DNA of 64,000 nucleotides from Dehalococcoidia bacterium (GCA_965249275.1 CBDFLQ010000005.1:672001-736000), one strand, 5' to 3'. Shown: positions 19,389-29,647, counted from the first letter of the stretch. Numbers and translations: made by a program. The notes: generated by a model not told the origin, from the letters alone.

Positions 19389-20963
19389 TTAGAGGCGGGC
19401 TCCGTATCTGGGATTGGGGCCGAGGGTTTGTTTGACAACACCCTGTGCGGCTTTGAGGAAGCGGATGATGATGCCGCGGGTCTCGGTCGGGTCGATCATC
19501 TCCTCTACGCCGAAGGCTTCGGCGGTCTTCCATGGGGATGCGGCCTTACGCATGCGGTCCTCAATCTGGGCGATATAGGCGGCGGGGTCGTCTGATGCCT
19601 GGATCTGGCGTCGGTGGGCTGAAAAGACGCCGCCTTCAATAGGCATGTCTCCCCACTCGGCGGTGGGCCATGCGAGGCGGAGATTCAGTCGGCTGGCGTT
19701 GCCCGTGGCGAGGCCGGCCATGCCGTAGCACTTGTGCAGATAGACCGAGACCATGGGAACGTTGGCGTCGTGAAGGGCCTGGAGGGCGCGCATCCCTTTG
19801 CGGAGGGTGCCCTCCCTCTCGGCGTCGGGACCGATCATGAAGCCGGGGACGTCTACGAAGTAGATCATGGGCATGTGGAAGGTGTCGCAGAAGTCTATGA
19901 AGCGGGTCTTCTTCTCGGAGCCCGGGCCGTCGAGGGCGCCGCCGAGGTGCATGGGATTGTTGGCGAGAATGCCGACGGGGTAGCCTCCGAAACGGGCGAA
20001 GCCGCATACGAAGGCCGGGGCGCGGTGGCCGCCGATTTCGAAGAAGGAGCCGCGGTCGGCAACGACCTCGATGATGTCCCGTACGTCGAAGGCGGCCTTT
20101 TGGTCCTCGGGCATGATTTCGAGGAGGACCTCATCCTGGCGGTCAGGGGGGTCGTCGGTGGGGACGTAGGGGGGCATCTCCCAGACGTTTTGGGGGAGGT
20201 AGCTGAGAACGGTCTTGATCTGGCGTATGGCGTCGGCGTCGTCCTCGGCGATGTTATCCACGACACCGGAGATGACTGCGTGGACCTCGGCCCCGCCCAG
20301 CTCGAACTTGTCGATACGGTGACCCAAGGCCCGCTCGACGAGTGGAGGGCCGCCGGCGAAGATGCAGGCGGCCTTGGTCATGACGCTGAAGTGGGAGACG
20401 GCGAGTCGGGCGCCGGTGACACCCGCGCAGGCGCCCATGGCTGCGGCCATTACTGGGACCTCTCCCATTAGCTTGTAGGAAACGTCGATTTTGTGGCCGC
20501 TGACAAGGGGAGCGTGGCCCTGGTGCGCCTCCCAGCCAACACCGCCTCCGACGCCTTCCATAAGCATGACAAGGGGGATGCGGTATTCGTGGGCGAACTC
20601 TTCAATGAAGCCGGCCATACCGCCCTTGAGTCGATCATGTTGGGTGTCAATCACACCGCCTTCGACGGTGAAGTCCTCTCCGCCGACAGCCACGTCCCGG
20701 CCATCAATCTGGCCGAGACCCATAACGTAGCCGGATGCGGTGTCCGGAAGGCGGTTGCCGTCGGGGTCGAAGCGCTCATGGACGGCTACGGTGCCGACTT
20801 CGAGGAAGGAACGGGGGTCGGTGATGTGGTCGATACGCTCGCGGATGGTCCAGCGTCCAGCGGCGCGCTGGCGGGCGACGGAATCGGGGCCGCCGAGTTG
20901 TAGAGCGCGCTCCCGTGCCTCGACGAGCTTGGTTCGGGCGGCTTCCCATGTGAATCCGGCCAT
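19389..20963 (-). CDS. Acyl-CoA carboxylase beta (carboxyltransferase) subunit
   Basis: DFTVEGG, GGPPLVERALG, ELGGAEVH, FVDVPGFMIG. Confidence 0.9.
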   Translation of the reverse strand: MAGFTWEAARTKLVEARERALQLGGPDSVARQRAAGRWTIRERIDHITDPRSFLEVGTVAVHERFDPDGNRLPDTASGYVMGLGQIDGRDVAVGGEDFTVEGGVIDTQHDRLKGGMAGFIEEFAHEYRIPLVMLMEGVGGGVGWEAHQGHAPLVSGHKIDVSYKLMGEVPVMAAAMGACAGVTGARLAVSHFSVMTKAACIFAGGPPLVERALGHRIDKFELGGAEVHAVISGVVDNIAEDDADAIRQIKTVLSYLPQNVWEMPPYVPTDDPPDRQDEVLLEIMPEDQKAAFDVRDIIEVVADRGSFFEIGGHRAPAFVCGFARFGGYPVGILANNPMHLGGALDGPGSEKKTRFIDFCDTFHMPMIYFVDVPGFMIGPDAEREGTLRKGMRALQALHDANVPMVSVYLHKCYGMAGLATGNASRLNLRLAWPTAEWGDMPIEGGVFSAHRRQIQASDDPAAYIAQIEDRMRKAASPWKTAEAFGVEEMIDPTETRGIIIRFLKAAQGVVKQTLGPNPRYGARL

Positions 20964-21229
20964 AGGTCGCTCCTTGGGTGAGGGGTGGGGCTATGGTAAT
21001 GGGAAGGGCGAGGGGTTTTCAATAGGGGAGGGGAAGTCGGGATCACCCTCACTCTTCGAGAGGCCTTTGCGTAACTCCCAAAGCGGGACCCAATTGGGTA
21101 TTTTATTTATGCTAGTCAATTGTAAATTCTCGACCCTGGATTTCCGTGCAAACGGGAATGACAGTTATGCAAAGGTCTCGTCGAGGGAGAGGGGATAAAA
21201 CCCATTCCCCAGACCCAGGCAACCACGAG

Positions 21230-21560
21230 GAGCCTGTCTCAAAAGCTGGGGGTGGGGGTATGAGAGAGTACACCGGGGTAGGTTAGAGACTGAGTGTGGA
21301 GGTGCTAGAGATGCCACTTCGCCCGATGGGCCGATAGCAGATGTGGGTGATGCCTTCGACCCTGGATGAGATGGCTCTGAAGGACCATCCTGTGCGGTTA
21401 GTGGTGGCGTTCGTCGAGGCACTGGACCGGGAGGACTGGGTAGAGATGGGAGTTGACATCAACGTAGGTCAGACGGGAACGTCGGCATACCATCGCATGG
21501 CATTGTTGGGGGTGTGGGGTACGGATTCACGACAGGGGTTAGGTCGAGCCGCAAGCTGGA
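21230..21560 (+). mobile_element. IS1182-family remnant: left IR plus decayed 5' part of the transposase
   Basis: IR GAGCCTGTCTCAAAAG at 21230; MPLRPMGR*QMWVMPSTLDE..DHPVR..AYH..YGFTTGVRSSRKLE (DUF772-like) with a stop and a frameshift. Confidence 0.8.
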
Positions 21561-21592
21561 GGGGGCGGGGGGTGTTGGGGACGGCCCTACAA

Positions 21593-21690
21593 GAGTTTCC
21601 GGCACCGCCAGCCTCACCTGAGCCCCGGTCTACAACCGCCGCTGGGGAGAGGAGGACAGCGACTGTCGGATATTTACGTACAACACTTCG
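21593..21690 (+). repeat. ~100 bp direct repeat, copy 1 (abuts the SMT stop codon)
   Basis: GAGTTTCC..GCCTCACCTGAGCC..TGTCGGATATTTACG..AACACTTCG matches 22809-22917. Confidence 0.85.
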
Positions 21691-22743
21691 CTAAAGGGGT
21701 TTGCGAGCCAGGAAGCAGTACAATGGCGTGAAGATTCCGGCCCTGCCGCCCGCGACACAGGCGTTCGCGGTCCGATCAAGCAGTCCGACCACATCCGTAG
21801 AGCCTTTCGGGAACACTCTCAGCGCCTCGGCCAGCCTGGATGCCCCGATGAACACCTTGCGGCCGAGGGGGGTCCTACGGAGACCGTTGTTCAGGGTCCT
21901 GCGCCGCGTCTCCATGGGCTGATACCACGGCGTGATCAGAATGTTCTCATCAATGGCCCGGTTCTTCCCCTCGACGACAGAAAATCCAACCTTTTCGAGG
22001 GCTCGGTTCACCTCGCTCATGGCCGCGATATCCTTGAGCGCGATGCCATGCATCAGGTCCCGCTTGATAGCCCGGTGACGATTATCGTTGGGGTCGAACT
22101 TGTCCGTCATGCACATTTCCTGACCCCAAAAGAGGGCTCCGGGTTTCAGCACGCGGTATATCTCGGCGAACGCTCCCGCCTTGTCCGGCGCATGGCAGGT
22201 CGATTCGATAGCGTAGGCGCGGTCGAACGTGCCGTCCGCGATGGCGCCCATGTCCATGAAGCTGCAAGCAAGGTAGTCGACCATGTGGTCGAGACCCGCC
22301 TCGGAGGTCAACGATTTTGCCTTGTCCAGCTGGATTTCATTGCTGTTGACCCCGAGGACCCTGACACCGGACTCACGGACGACATTGCGCATCGGGCCGC
22401 CGATCCCGCAACCGACATCGACCACCGTCATCCCCTCGCGCAGTTCCAGCTTGGCTATCATGAGTCGCTGATGCCGGATCTTGGAGTCTTCCACGCTCTC
22501 CTGGGGCGACAGCGGAGCGAAGTGCAGGGATTCGCCCCAACCGAACACCATGAACTCGCTGCAGAGGTCGTAGTATTCCTTGACGGTTGCGACGTGGTCG
22601 TAGGCCTTGGCGTCGGCATCATTGGCAGACGCTCTATCGAGCCATCCATCGAAGTGCTGCACGCGACCGGCGACGTTCGACCCACGGTACGCGGCCTTCA
22701 GCCCATTGGATAGTTTGCGAAGTTGCATGGCAGCGTTTCTCAT
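21691..22743 (-). CDS. Sterol C-24 methyltransferase-like SAM methyltransferase (start 22743 or 22728)
   Basis: [65 protein letters not shown], as in ERG6/SMT1. Confidence 0.85.
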   Translation of the reverse strand: MRNAAMQLRKLSNGLKAAYRGSNVAGRVQHFDGWLDRASANDADAKAYDHVATVKEYYDLCSEFMVFGWGESLHFAPLSPQESVEDSKIRHQRLMIAKLELREGMTVVDVGCGIGGPMRNVVRESGVRVLGVNSNEIQLDKAKSLTSEAGLDHMVDYLACSFMDMGAIADGTFDRAYAIESTCHAPDKAGAFAEIYRVLKPGALFWGQEMCMTDKFDPNDNRHRAIKRDLMHGIALKDIAAMSEVNRALEKVGFSVVEGKNRAIDENILITPWYQPMETRRRTLNNGLRRTPLGRKVFIGASRLAEALRVFPKGSTDVVGLLDRTANACVAGGRAGIFTPLYCFLARKPL

Positions 22744-22808
22744 AAAACATATAGTACTAGTTTCAGTGAATGTTGGAAACGCCACGAGGTTTCATTACGC
22801 CGCGAGAG

Positions 22809-22917
22809 GAGTTTCCCCACCGCCACCACCTCCACCGGCCTCACCTGAGCCTCGGCCTACAACAACCATTGCGGAGAGGATGACAGGCGCTGTCGGATAT
22901 TTACGGATAACACTTCG
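22809..22917 (+). repeat. ~100 bp direct repeat, copy 2 (upstream of the SMT)
   Basis: Aligns with 21593-21690. Confidence 0.85.
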
Positions 22918-22987
22918 GTTGATTGACATTGGGAATGGTGTACAAATATCATCGCGTCTGCTCTCCGCGAGGATTTGGCATTCGTAT

Positions 22988-24238
22988 ATGAAGAACTATT
23001 CTTTCCTAAATCTGATACGCAACTCGTTCAGCCACCACGAGAACTGGCCTCGGGTGTGGCGCAGCCCTCAGCCTAAGGAGCGCTACGACGTTGTAATCGT
23101 GGGCGCCGGAGGGCACGGGCTGGCCACGGCCTACTACCTGGCCAAGAATCACGGAATTACGGATGTGGCGGTGGTGGAGAAGGGCTATCTGGGGGGCGGG
23201 AGTGTCGGGAGGAACACGACGATAGTCCGGTCCAACTACCTGTGGGACGAGACTTCCTTCCTCTACGAGCACGCTATGAAGCTGTGGGAGGGCCTGAGCC
23301 AGGAGTTGAACTTCAACCTGATGTTCAGCCAGCGGGGAGTGCTTAACCTGTGCCACAACCTGCAGGAGCTTCGGGACACGGCGCGGAGGGTCAACTCCAA
23401 TAAACTCAACGGTATCGACGCCGAGCTTCTGGATACGCGCCAGGTTGCTGAGCTGGTGCCGGTCCTCAACACGTCGCCGGACATACGGTATCCCGTGCTG
23501 GGGGCCTCCTACCAGAAGAGGGGAGGGACGGCACGTCATGACGCGGTGGCCTGGGGGTACGCACGGGCGGCGGACGACCGCGGGGTCGACATCATCCAGA
23601 ACTGCGAAGTTACGGGGATTCAGGTCACCAATGGAGAGGTCACGGCGGTCGATACGACTCGGGGTGTGATAAAGGCTGGGAAGGTGGCCCTGGCCGTGGC
23701 GGGCAACACCACCGTTCTCGCCGACATGGCGGGTATCCGGCTTCCCATATCCACGCACCCTTTGCAGGCCCTGGTCTCGGAGCCGATCAAGCCGATTATC
23801 GACAGCGTTGTGATGTCCAACGCCGTACACGCCTATGTCAGCCAGACCGACAAGGGGGAACTGATCATCGGGGCGGGAATCGACTCCTATAGCGGCTACG
23901 GGATGAGGGGCAGCTATTCCGTCGTGGAGGAGACCGTTGAGGCTGTGGTGGAGATGTTCCCGATATTCAGCCGATTGCGGCTTCTGAGACACTGGGGTGG
24001 GGCGGTGGACATCTGCCCCGACGCCAGCCCGATTATCGGGAAGACTCCGGTCAGGGGACTGTACGTCAACTGTGGTTGGGGCACGGGCGGATTCAAGTCG
24101 ACGCCGGGGTCGGGGTGGGTATACGCGCACACGATCGCTCAGGACCAGCCCCACGAGCTAAACGCCCCGTTTACGCTGGACAGGTTCGTCACGGGAGAGC
24201 TTATCGACGAGCACGGGGCGGCAGCGGTGGCGCACTGA
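22988..24238 (+). CDS. soxB: Sarcosine oxidase subunit beta
   Basis: [58 protein letters not shown]. Confidence 0.95.
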   Translation: MKNYSFLNLIRNSFSHHENWPRVWRSPQPKERYDVVIVGAGGHGLATAYYLAKNHGITDVAVVEKGYLGGGSVGRNTTIVRSNYLWDETSFLYEHAMKLWEGLSQELNFNLMFSQRGVLNLCHNLQELRDTARRVNSNKLNGIDAELLDTRQVAELVPVLNTSPDIRYPVLGASYQKRGGTARHDAVAWGYARAADDRGVDIIQNCEVTGIQVTNGEVTAVDTTRGVIKAGKVALAVAGNTTVLADMAGIRLPISTHPLQALVSEPIKPIIDSVVMSNAVHAYVSQTDKGELIIGAGIDSYSGYGMRGSYSVVEETVEAVVEMFPIFSRLRLLRHWGGAVDICPDASPIIGKTPVRGLYVNCGWGTGGFKSTPGSGWVYAHTIAQDQPHELNAPFTLDRFVTGELIDEHGAAAVAH

Positions 24239-24254
24239 GAATCGGGACACGATC

Positions 24255-24551
24255 ATGTTTTACATAGAATGCCCATATTGCGGACCCCGGGAAGAGACCG
24301 AGTTCTCCTATGGTGGAGAGGCGCACATAGCTCGGCCCATGACCCCGAACGAGCTTTCCGACGAGGAATGGAGTCACTACCTGTTTGGGCAGACCAACAC
24401 CAGCGGTCTCTACCGCGAAAGATGGATGCACAGCGCCGGGTGCCGGCGCTGGTTCAATGCGGAGAGGGATACGGTCAGCTACGTAATCAAGTCGGTGTAC
24501 AAGACGGGTGAACAGCCGCCGGGAGGGCAGGAGCAAGATGGCTCGCAATAA
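24255..24551 (+). CDS. soxD: Sarcosine oxidase subunit delta
   Basis: CPYCGPR..EF.YGGEAH, ERWMHSAGCRRWFN. Confidence 0.95.
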   Translation: MFYIECPYCGPREETEFSYGGEAHIARPMTPNELSDEEWSHYLFGQTNTSGLYRERWMHSAGCRRWFNAERDTVSYVIKSVYKTGEQPPGGQEQDGSQ

Positions 24552-27500
24552 GCCTCAACCCTTCCGCCTTGACAGCGGGGGCCGCGTCAACAGAGACAAG
24601 CCGCTGAGCTTCGTTTTCAATGGGCGCACTTACCGAGGTTACGAGGGCGACACTGCGGCGTCGGCGCTGCTGGCCAATGGAGTGCACCTCGTCGGGCGGA
24701 GCTTCAAGTATCACCGGCCTCGGGGGATCGTGGGGGCGGGGCTGGAGGAGCCGAACGCACTGCTGCAGGCCGGCACGGGAGCGCGCACAACTCCCAACCT
24801 CCGGGCTACGGAGGTGCAACTCTCCGATGGCATGGTACTGAAGAGCGTGAACTGCTGGCCCAGTGTGAATCATGACTTCGCCGCCATTAACAGCAAGCTG
24901 ACCCGATTCCTGCCTCCCGGCTTCTATTACAAGACATTCATGTGGCCCCGCAGTATGTGGAAGACATATGAAGGGGTCATTCGCAAGGCGGCGGGACTCG
25001 GGGAGTCTCCTAGGGCCCCGGACCCCGACAAATACGACCGAATGAACGCTCATTGCGACGTTCTGATTGCCGGGGGAGGGCCGTCGGGCCTCGCGGCGGC
25101 GCTGGAGGCGGGGGCGACGGGGGCTCGGGTCATATTGGCCGACGACGGGACCGAGTTTGGTGGGAGCCTCTTGTCTTCTCGGCGCACCATTGAAGGCTTG
25201 CCCGCCTTAGACTGGGTTAAGGATGCGGTGCGTAGGCTTTCGGAGATGGCGGAAGTGAAGTTGATGCCTCGGAGCTCGGTATTCGGGTACTACGACCACA
25301 ACTTTCTCACGATTGCTCAGTCCTTTACGCCGGAGGAAGCTGCCTCCCACCCCCACCACCCCAACCAGCGCATATGGCGGGTGCGGACCAAGAAAGTCGT
25401 TATCGCTGCGGGTGCTTTCGAGAGGCCGTTGATATTTCCCAACAACGACGTGCCTGGGGTGATGCTGGCGTCAGCGGTGTCGAGCTATATCAACCGTTAT
25501 GCGGTCCTGCCGGGGCGCAGGGCTGTGCTCTTCACGAACAACGACAGTGGATACCGCACCGCCCTGGACCTGGCCGACGCGGGCGCGGAAATCAGGGCGG
25601 TGGTAGACCTCCGGCCCAATCCCCAAGGTGCATTACCTGCCCTCGTTAGGGACAAGGGAATCCATGTTATTGGAAGCCATGCCATTGTGGATGTTAAGGG
25701 TGTGAAGAAGGTGAAGGGTGTGGCGATCATGGACTTGGACCAGAGGGGCACGGGAGTGCGGGGGAATGCGAAGACCTTAGACTGTGATCTACTTGCGGTT
25801 TCCGGGGGGTGGAACCCGACGGTACACCTTCACTCACAGTCGGGTGGAAAGGCCCGGTTCGACGAGAAACTGGGAGCGTTCGTGCCGGGTGAATCGGTGC
25901 AAGAGGAGAGGAGCGTTGGGGCGTGTGCGGGTGCTTTCGACCTGGCATCGTGCATTGGGGGTGGGCTGACTGCGGGTGTGGGGGCGGCTCGGGAGGCGGG
26001 TTTCGGGGATGGTGTTGTGCAGACCCCGCTCCCGGCAACTGATGACGTGACGGAAGAGCCTCCCAAGACCGTTTGGTTGGCGCCTTCCCGCAAAGACCCG
26101 GTCCATGAACACAAGCAGTTCATCGATCTGCAGGAGGACGTGAGTGCGGGTGACGTGGTACTGGCCGCAAATGAAGGTTATGACTCGGTGCCGCTTCTGA
26201 ACCGATACACGACTCTCGGGTTTGGGACGGACCAGGGGAAGCTGGGCAACGTAATCGGGATGGGGGTGCTGGCCGACCACCTGGGGAAGGACATTACCGA
26301 AGTAGGGAGCGTTACGTTCCGGCAGCCCTATGCGCCGGTGACCTTCGGGGCGATTGCGGGCGGGGAAGTGGGGGAGATGCTCGACCCGGTGAGGAAGACG
26401 GCGATTCATCCCTGGCACGTGGCTCACGGGGCACTGTTTGAGAACGTTGGACAGTGGAAGAGGCCGTGGTATTACCCGAAACCTGGGGAGTCGATGCAGG
26501 ATGTGTTGAACCGGGAATGCCTCGCCGCTCGGCATGCCGTGGCTATATTGGACCAGTCGACGCTGGGAAAGATCGACGTTCGGGGGCCGGACGCGGCGGA
26601 ATTCCTGAACAGGGTCTATTCCAACAACTGGCTGAAGCTCGGGGAGGGCCGGGCGCGATATGGGCTGATGCTCGGGGAGGATGGGATGGTGATGGACGAC
26701 GGCGTCTCCGCCCGTATATCCCCCGGACGCTTTCATATGTTCACCACTACCGGTGGTGCGGCCAACGTCATGTCCTGGCTGGAACAGTGGCAGCAGACCG
26801 AATGGCCAGAACTGCAGGTATATCTCACTTCCGTCACCGATCAGTGGTCTACGATGTCGGTTGTCGGGCCGAGGGCCCGGGACACGGTGGCCAAGATATG
26901 CAACGACATTGAATTTTCGCATGAGGCTTTCCCGTTCCTGTCGTTCAGAGAAGGAACCGTGGCCGGGGTCCCGGCCCGGGTGTTCCGCATCAGCTTCAGC
27001 GGCGAGCTCACGTTCGAGATAAACGTGCCCGCGGACTACGGGCTCCACGTCTGGGAGTCGGTGATGGAGGCGGGGGCGGAGTTCGGGATCACGCCCTATG
27101 GCACTGAGACGATGCACATTCTCCGAGCGGAAAAGGCGTTCATAATCGTCGGGCAGGACACGGACGGGACGGTGACGCCGTCGGACCTTGGGCTGGACTG
27201 GCTGGCGTCGAACCGGAAGGACTTTTTGGGTAAGAGGTCGCTGTCCCGGCCGGACATTGTGAGAAAGGACCGGAAGCAACTGGTTGGGTTGAAATCGGAG
27301 TATCCGGTCAGGGTGATACCGGACGGGGCCCAGATAGTGGATGATCCTCGGGGCCCGATCCCCATCAAGATGATAGGGCACGTGACTTCGAGCTATTACA
27401 GCGCAACTCTTGGACATCCGGTTGCTTTGGCGCTGGTAAAGGGAGGCAAAGCTCGAATAGGGCAGCGGGTGTACATACCGCTCCACGACGGCAATTCGAT

Positions 27501-27561
27501 AACGGCGAGAGTAACCAATCCTGTGTTCTACGACCCGAAGAACGAGCGGCAGAATGTCTAG
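24538..27561 (+). CDS. soxA: Sarcosine oxidase subunit alpha
   Basis: GDTAASALLANG, RSFKYHRPRG, GFYYKTF, GTDQGK, GcvT-like C-terminus. Confidence 0.95.
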   Translation: MARNKPQPFRLDSGGRVNRDKPLSFVFNGRTYRGYEGDTAASALLANGVHLVGRSFKYHRPRGIVGAGLEEPNALLQAGTGARTTPNLRATEVQLSDGMVLKSVNCWPSVNHDFAAINSKLTRFLPPGFYYKTFMWPRSMWKTYEGVIRKAAGLGESPRAPDPDKYDRMNAHCDVLIAGGGPSGLAAALEAGATGARVILADDGTEFGGSLLSSRRTIEGLPALDWVKDAVRRLSEMAEVKLMPRSSVFGYYDHNFLTIAQSFTPEEAASHPHHPNQRIWRVRTKKVVIAAGAFERPLIFPNNDVPGVMLASAVSSYINRYAVLPGRRAVLFTNNDSGYRTALDLADAGAEIRAVVDLRPNPQGALPALVRDKGIHVIGSHAIVDVKGVKKVKGVAIMDLDQRGTGVRGNAKTLDCDLLAVSGGWNPTVHLHSQSGGKARFDEKLGAFVPGESVQEERSVGACAGAFDLASCIGGGLTAGVGAAREAGFGDGVVQTPLPATDDVTEEPPKTVWLAPSRKDPVHEHKQFIDLQEDVSAGDVVLAANEGYDSVPLLNRYTTLGFGTDQGKLGNVIGMGVLADHLGKDITEVGSVTFRQPYAPVTFGAIAGGEVGEMLDPVRKTAIHPWHVAHGALFENVGQWKRPWYYPKPGESMQDVLNRECLAARHAVAILDQSTLGKIDVRGPDAAEFLNRVYSNNWLKLGEGRARYGLMLGEDGMVMDDGVSARISPGRFHMFTTTGGAANVMSWLEQWQQTEWPELQVYLTSVTDQWSTMSVVGPRARDTVAKICNDIEFSHEAFPFLSFREGTVAGVPARVFRISFSGELTFEINVPADYGLHVWESVMEAGAEFGITPYGTETMHILRAEKAFIIVGQDTDGTVTPSDLGLDWLASNRKDFLGKRSLSRPDIVRKDRKQLVGLKSEYPVRVIPDGAQIVDDPRGPIPIKMIGHVTSSYYSATLGHPVALALVKGGKARIGQRVYIPLHDGNSITARVTNPVFYDPKNERQNV

Positions 27562-28174
27562 CGAATCCAGCGAAATGCGCCGGAGCTCTCCACTGGTGGA
27601 GTTCCTTGCCGAGCACCCACCCGTTGAGGCCGACGAATCGCGGGGCGTCGAGATGGAGGAGCGGGCGTTCTGGGGGCACGTCAACTTGCGAGGAGATGGG
27701 ACCGACGAGGCGTTTCAGGCCGGAGTCGAGAGTGTTGTCGGGGCGCGGGCGCCGATTGAGCCCAACACGGTGTCGAGGGTCGGGGATACGTTAATTGTAT
27801 GGCTGGGGCCTGACGAATGGCTGGTTGTCTCACCGCCCGACATCAAGGATGGTCTTTCTGCCAAGCTGGAAGAGGCGTTGTCCGGGCTTCATGCCTCGGT
27901 CAACGATATTTCGGGTGGTCAGACGATCATCAGGCTGCGCGGGGCACGGGCGCGGGACCTGCTGAACAAGGGATGCCCGTTGGACCTCCATCCTCGGGCG
28001 TTCGGGGTCGGGCAGTGCGCCCAGAGCCACATAGCCAAGTCCAATGCCCTTATCATTCAAGTTGACGATAGGCCGACCTACGACGTTGTGGTGCGGCGCA
28101 GCTTCGCTGACTACCTGGCCCGATGGTTTAACCACGCGGGCTTGGAATACGACATCGCGGTCGTTACCAGCTAG
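27554..28174 (+). CDS. soxG: Sarcosine oxidase subunit gamma
   Basis: WLGPDEWL, GCPLDLHP, VRRSFADY. Confidence 0.93.
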   Translation: MSSESSEMRRSSPLVEFLAEHPPVEADESRGVEMEERAFWGHVNLRGDGTDEAFQAGVESVVGARAPIEPNTVSRVGDTLIVWLGPDEWLVVSPPDIKDGLSAKLEEALSGLHASVNDISGGQTIIRLRGARARDLLNKGCPLDLHPRAFGVGQCAQSHIAKSNALIIQVDDRPTYDVVVRRSFADYLARWFNHAGLEYDIAVVTS

Positions 28175-28200
28175 AAAAGCGAGTAGGGGCAACGGCCCGC

Positions 28201-29061
28201 ATGAAGATTATCAACATCCTCTCCACCCGACCCACCCTCTCGTTCGAGTTCTTCCCTCCCAAGACACCCGCCGGAGTGACCTCTCTCTACAGGACAATTA
28301 AGAACCTCAAACGCTTCTCGCCCGACTTCGTGTCGATGACTTACGGGGCGGGTGGATCGACGAAGGCCATGACTGAGGAGCTGGCGCTGCGGATCAAGGA
28401 AGAGGAGCGGCTGCTGGTCATGGCCCACGTTACCTGCTCTGCCCAGACCCGAGTTGAGGTACACGAAGTCCTGGCTCGATACGAGGCCGGGGGTATCGAT
28501 AACGTGATTGCACTGCGCGGCGATCCGCCTCGGGGGCAGGATGCTTTCTCGCCCGTTGAGAACGGGTTTCCACACGCGACCGACCTGCTCAGGCACATAC
28601 GCAGCAACTTCGACTTTGGTCTCGCTGCGGCGTGCTACCCGGAAGGCCATCCGGAGGCCTCGGACCTTCGCACGGACATTGAGTATGTGAAGCGTAAGGT
28701 GGACGAGGGGGCTGAGTACCTGATAACCCAGCTGTTCTTCGATAACTCGGACTTCTACCGATTTTTGGAGATGGCGCGGGGGTCGGGAATAGGGGTCCCG
28801 GTGATTGCCGGGGTGCTGCCGATCCTTACCGGTGCTCAGATACGCCGTTTCACGGCGTTGTGTGGCTCAGCGATACCGCGGGACGTCGATGATCGGCTGG
28901 ACGCACTGGGTGAGGATGATGATGCGGTGCGGGAGATGGGGATCGAGTTGGCCACTGCCCAAATTGCTGATTTGAAGGCTAACGGGGTGGAAGGGATTCA
29001 CTTCTACGCACTGAATCGGGGGTATTCGATTACGAAGATATTGGAGAATTTGGGGGAGTAG
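28201..29061 (+). CDS. metF: 5,10-methylenetetrahydrofolate reductase
   Basis: SFEFFPPK, SMTYGAGG, ALRGDPP, YPEGHPE, ITQLFFD, GIHFYALN. Confidence 0.95.
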   Translation: MKIINILSTRPTLSFEFFPPKTPAGVTSLYRTIKNLKRFSPDFVSMTYGAGGSTKAMTEELALRIKEEERLLVMAHVTCSAQTRVEVHEVLARYEAGGIDNVIALRGDPPRGQDAFSPVENGFPHATDLLRHIRSNFDFGLAAACYPEGHPEASDLRTDIEYVKRKVDEGAEYLITQLFFDNSDFYRFLEMARGSGIGVPVIAGVLPILTGAQIRRFTALCGSAIPRDVDDRLDALGEDDDAVREMGIELATAQIADLKANGVEGIHFYALNRGYSITKILENLGE

Positions 29062-29093
29062 GGGTTTAGGGGGCGCGTGAGTGGGCAAGTCCT

Positions 29094-29370
29094 AGATTCC
29101 TCGCGGGGCCGCGGAATGACAGTAATATAACCTTGGCTGTGGAAGAGGAGCCATGTGTCACAGTGAACGGGGATGGATGGGATGGATCCTGGCTCGGGGG
29201 CCGAGGTGATGGAAAAGGCGCGAGGGGCGGGGGGTGGGGTGGTAGTTGGGACAAGGGCGTGACGGATTGGCAGTCCGGGACCTCCCTCCGCTCGACCCTT
29301 CGACGGTGCTCAGGGTGAGCGGCCCCACGCCGCCCTGGAATGAAAGTTTTCCTGCGCGGGAATGATGGGG
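29094..29370. repeat. REP-like palindrome cluster
   Basis: AGATTCCTCGCGGGGCCGCGGAATGAC and GCTCGACCCTTCGACGGTGCTCAGGGTGAGCGGCCCC units; the latter repeats at 29801 and 63708. Confidence 0.75.
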
Positions 29371-29423
29371 TGAGTGGTGAGTGGTGAGTGGTGGGGAATA
29401 TTCTCATCGAAGAGGACCCTCAT
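29310..29423 (-). pseudogene. Truncated DUF5615 PIN-like toxin
   Basis: ATG overlaps the DUF433 stop; MRVLFDENIPH then runs into repeats and stops at codon 38. Confidence 0.65.
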
Positions 29424-29647
29424 TAGAAGGTCGGTTTGACCAGACTCTCCCTCTCGCTATCCAGTACAGCTTCCACCTGCGACCTTTTGACACTGGGGAA
29501 CCACTCCAAGAACTCACCAATCGACGCGCCATCCTTGAGGTTTTCGAAGAGGGCGGATACCGGCACCCTTGTACCTCGAAACACCCAGATGCCCCCCATC
29601 CTCTCAGGGTCTCGTTCCACGACGCTGCTAGTCTCCCATACTGTCAT
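29423..29647 (-). CDS. DUF433 family antitoxin-like protein
   Basis: DPERMGG..VFRGTRVPVSALFENL..G.SI.EFLEWFP. Confidence 0.9.
   Translation of the reverse strand: MTVWETSSVVERDPERMGGIWVFRGTRVPVSALFENLKDGASIGEFLEWFPSVKRSQVEAVLDSERESLVKPTF

Noticed and set aside
21593-22917. Integron gene cassette interpretation
   Set aside because: The repeats lack RYYYAAC/GTTRRRY palindromic attC structure and no intI is present
22607-22987. N-terminal extension of the soxB ORF
   Set aside because: Overlaps the SMT gene and a direct repeat; the plausible start is MKNYS at 22988
25834-27684. Long antisense ORFs (616 aa here; also 39329-40354, 41357-42412, 54689-55684)
   Set aside because: Shadow ORFs opposite well-supported genes in high-GC DNA
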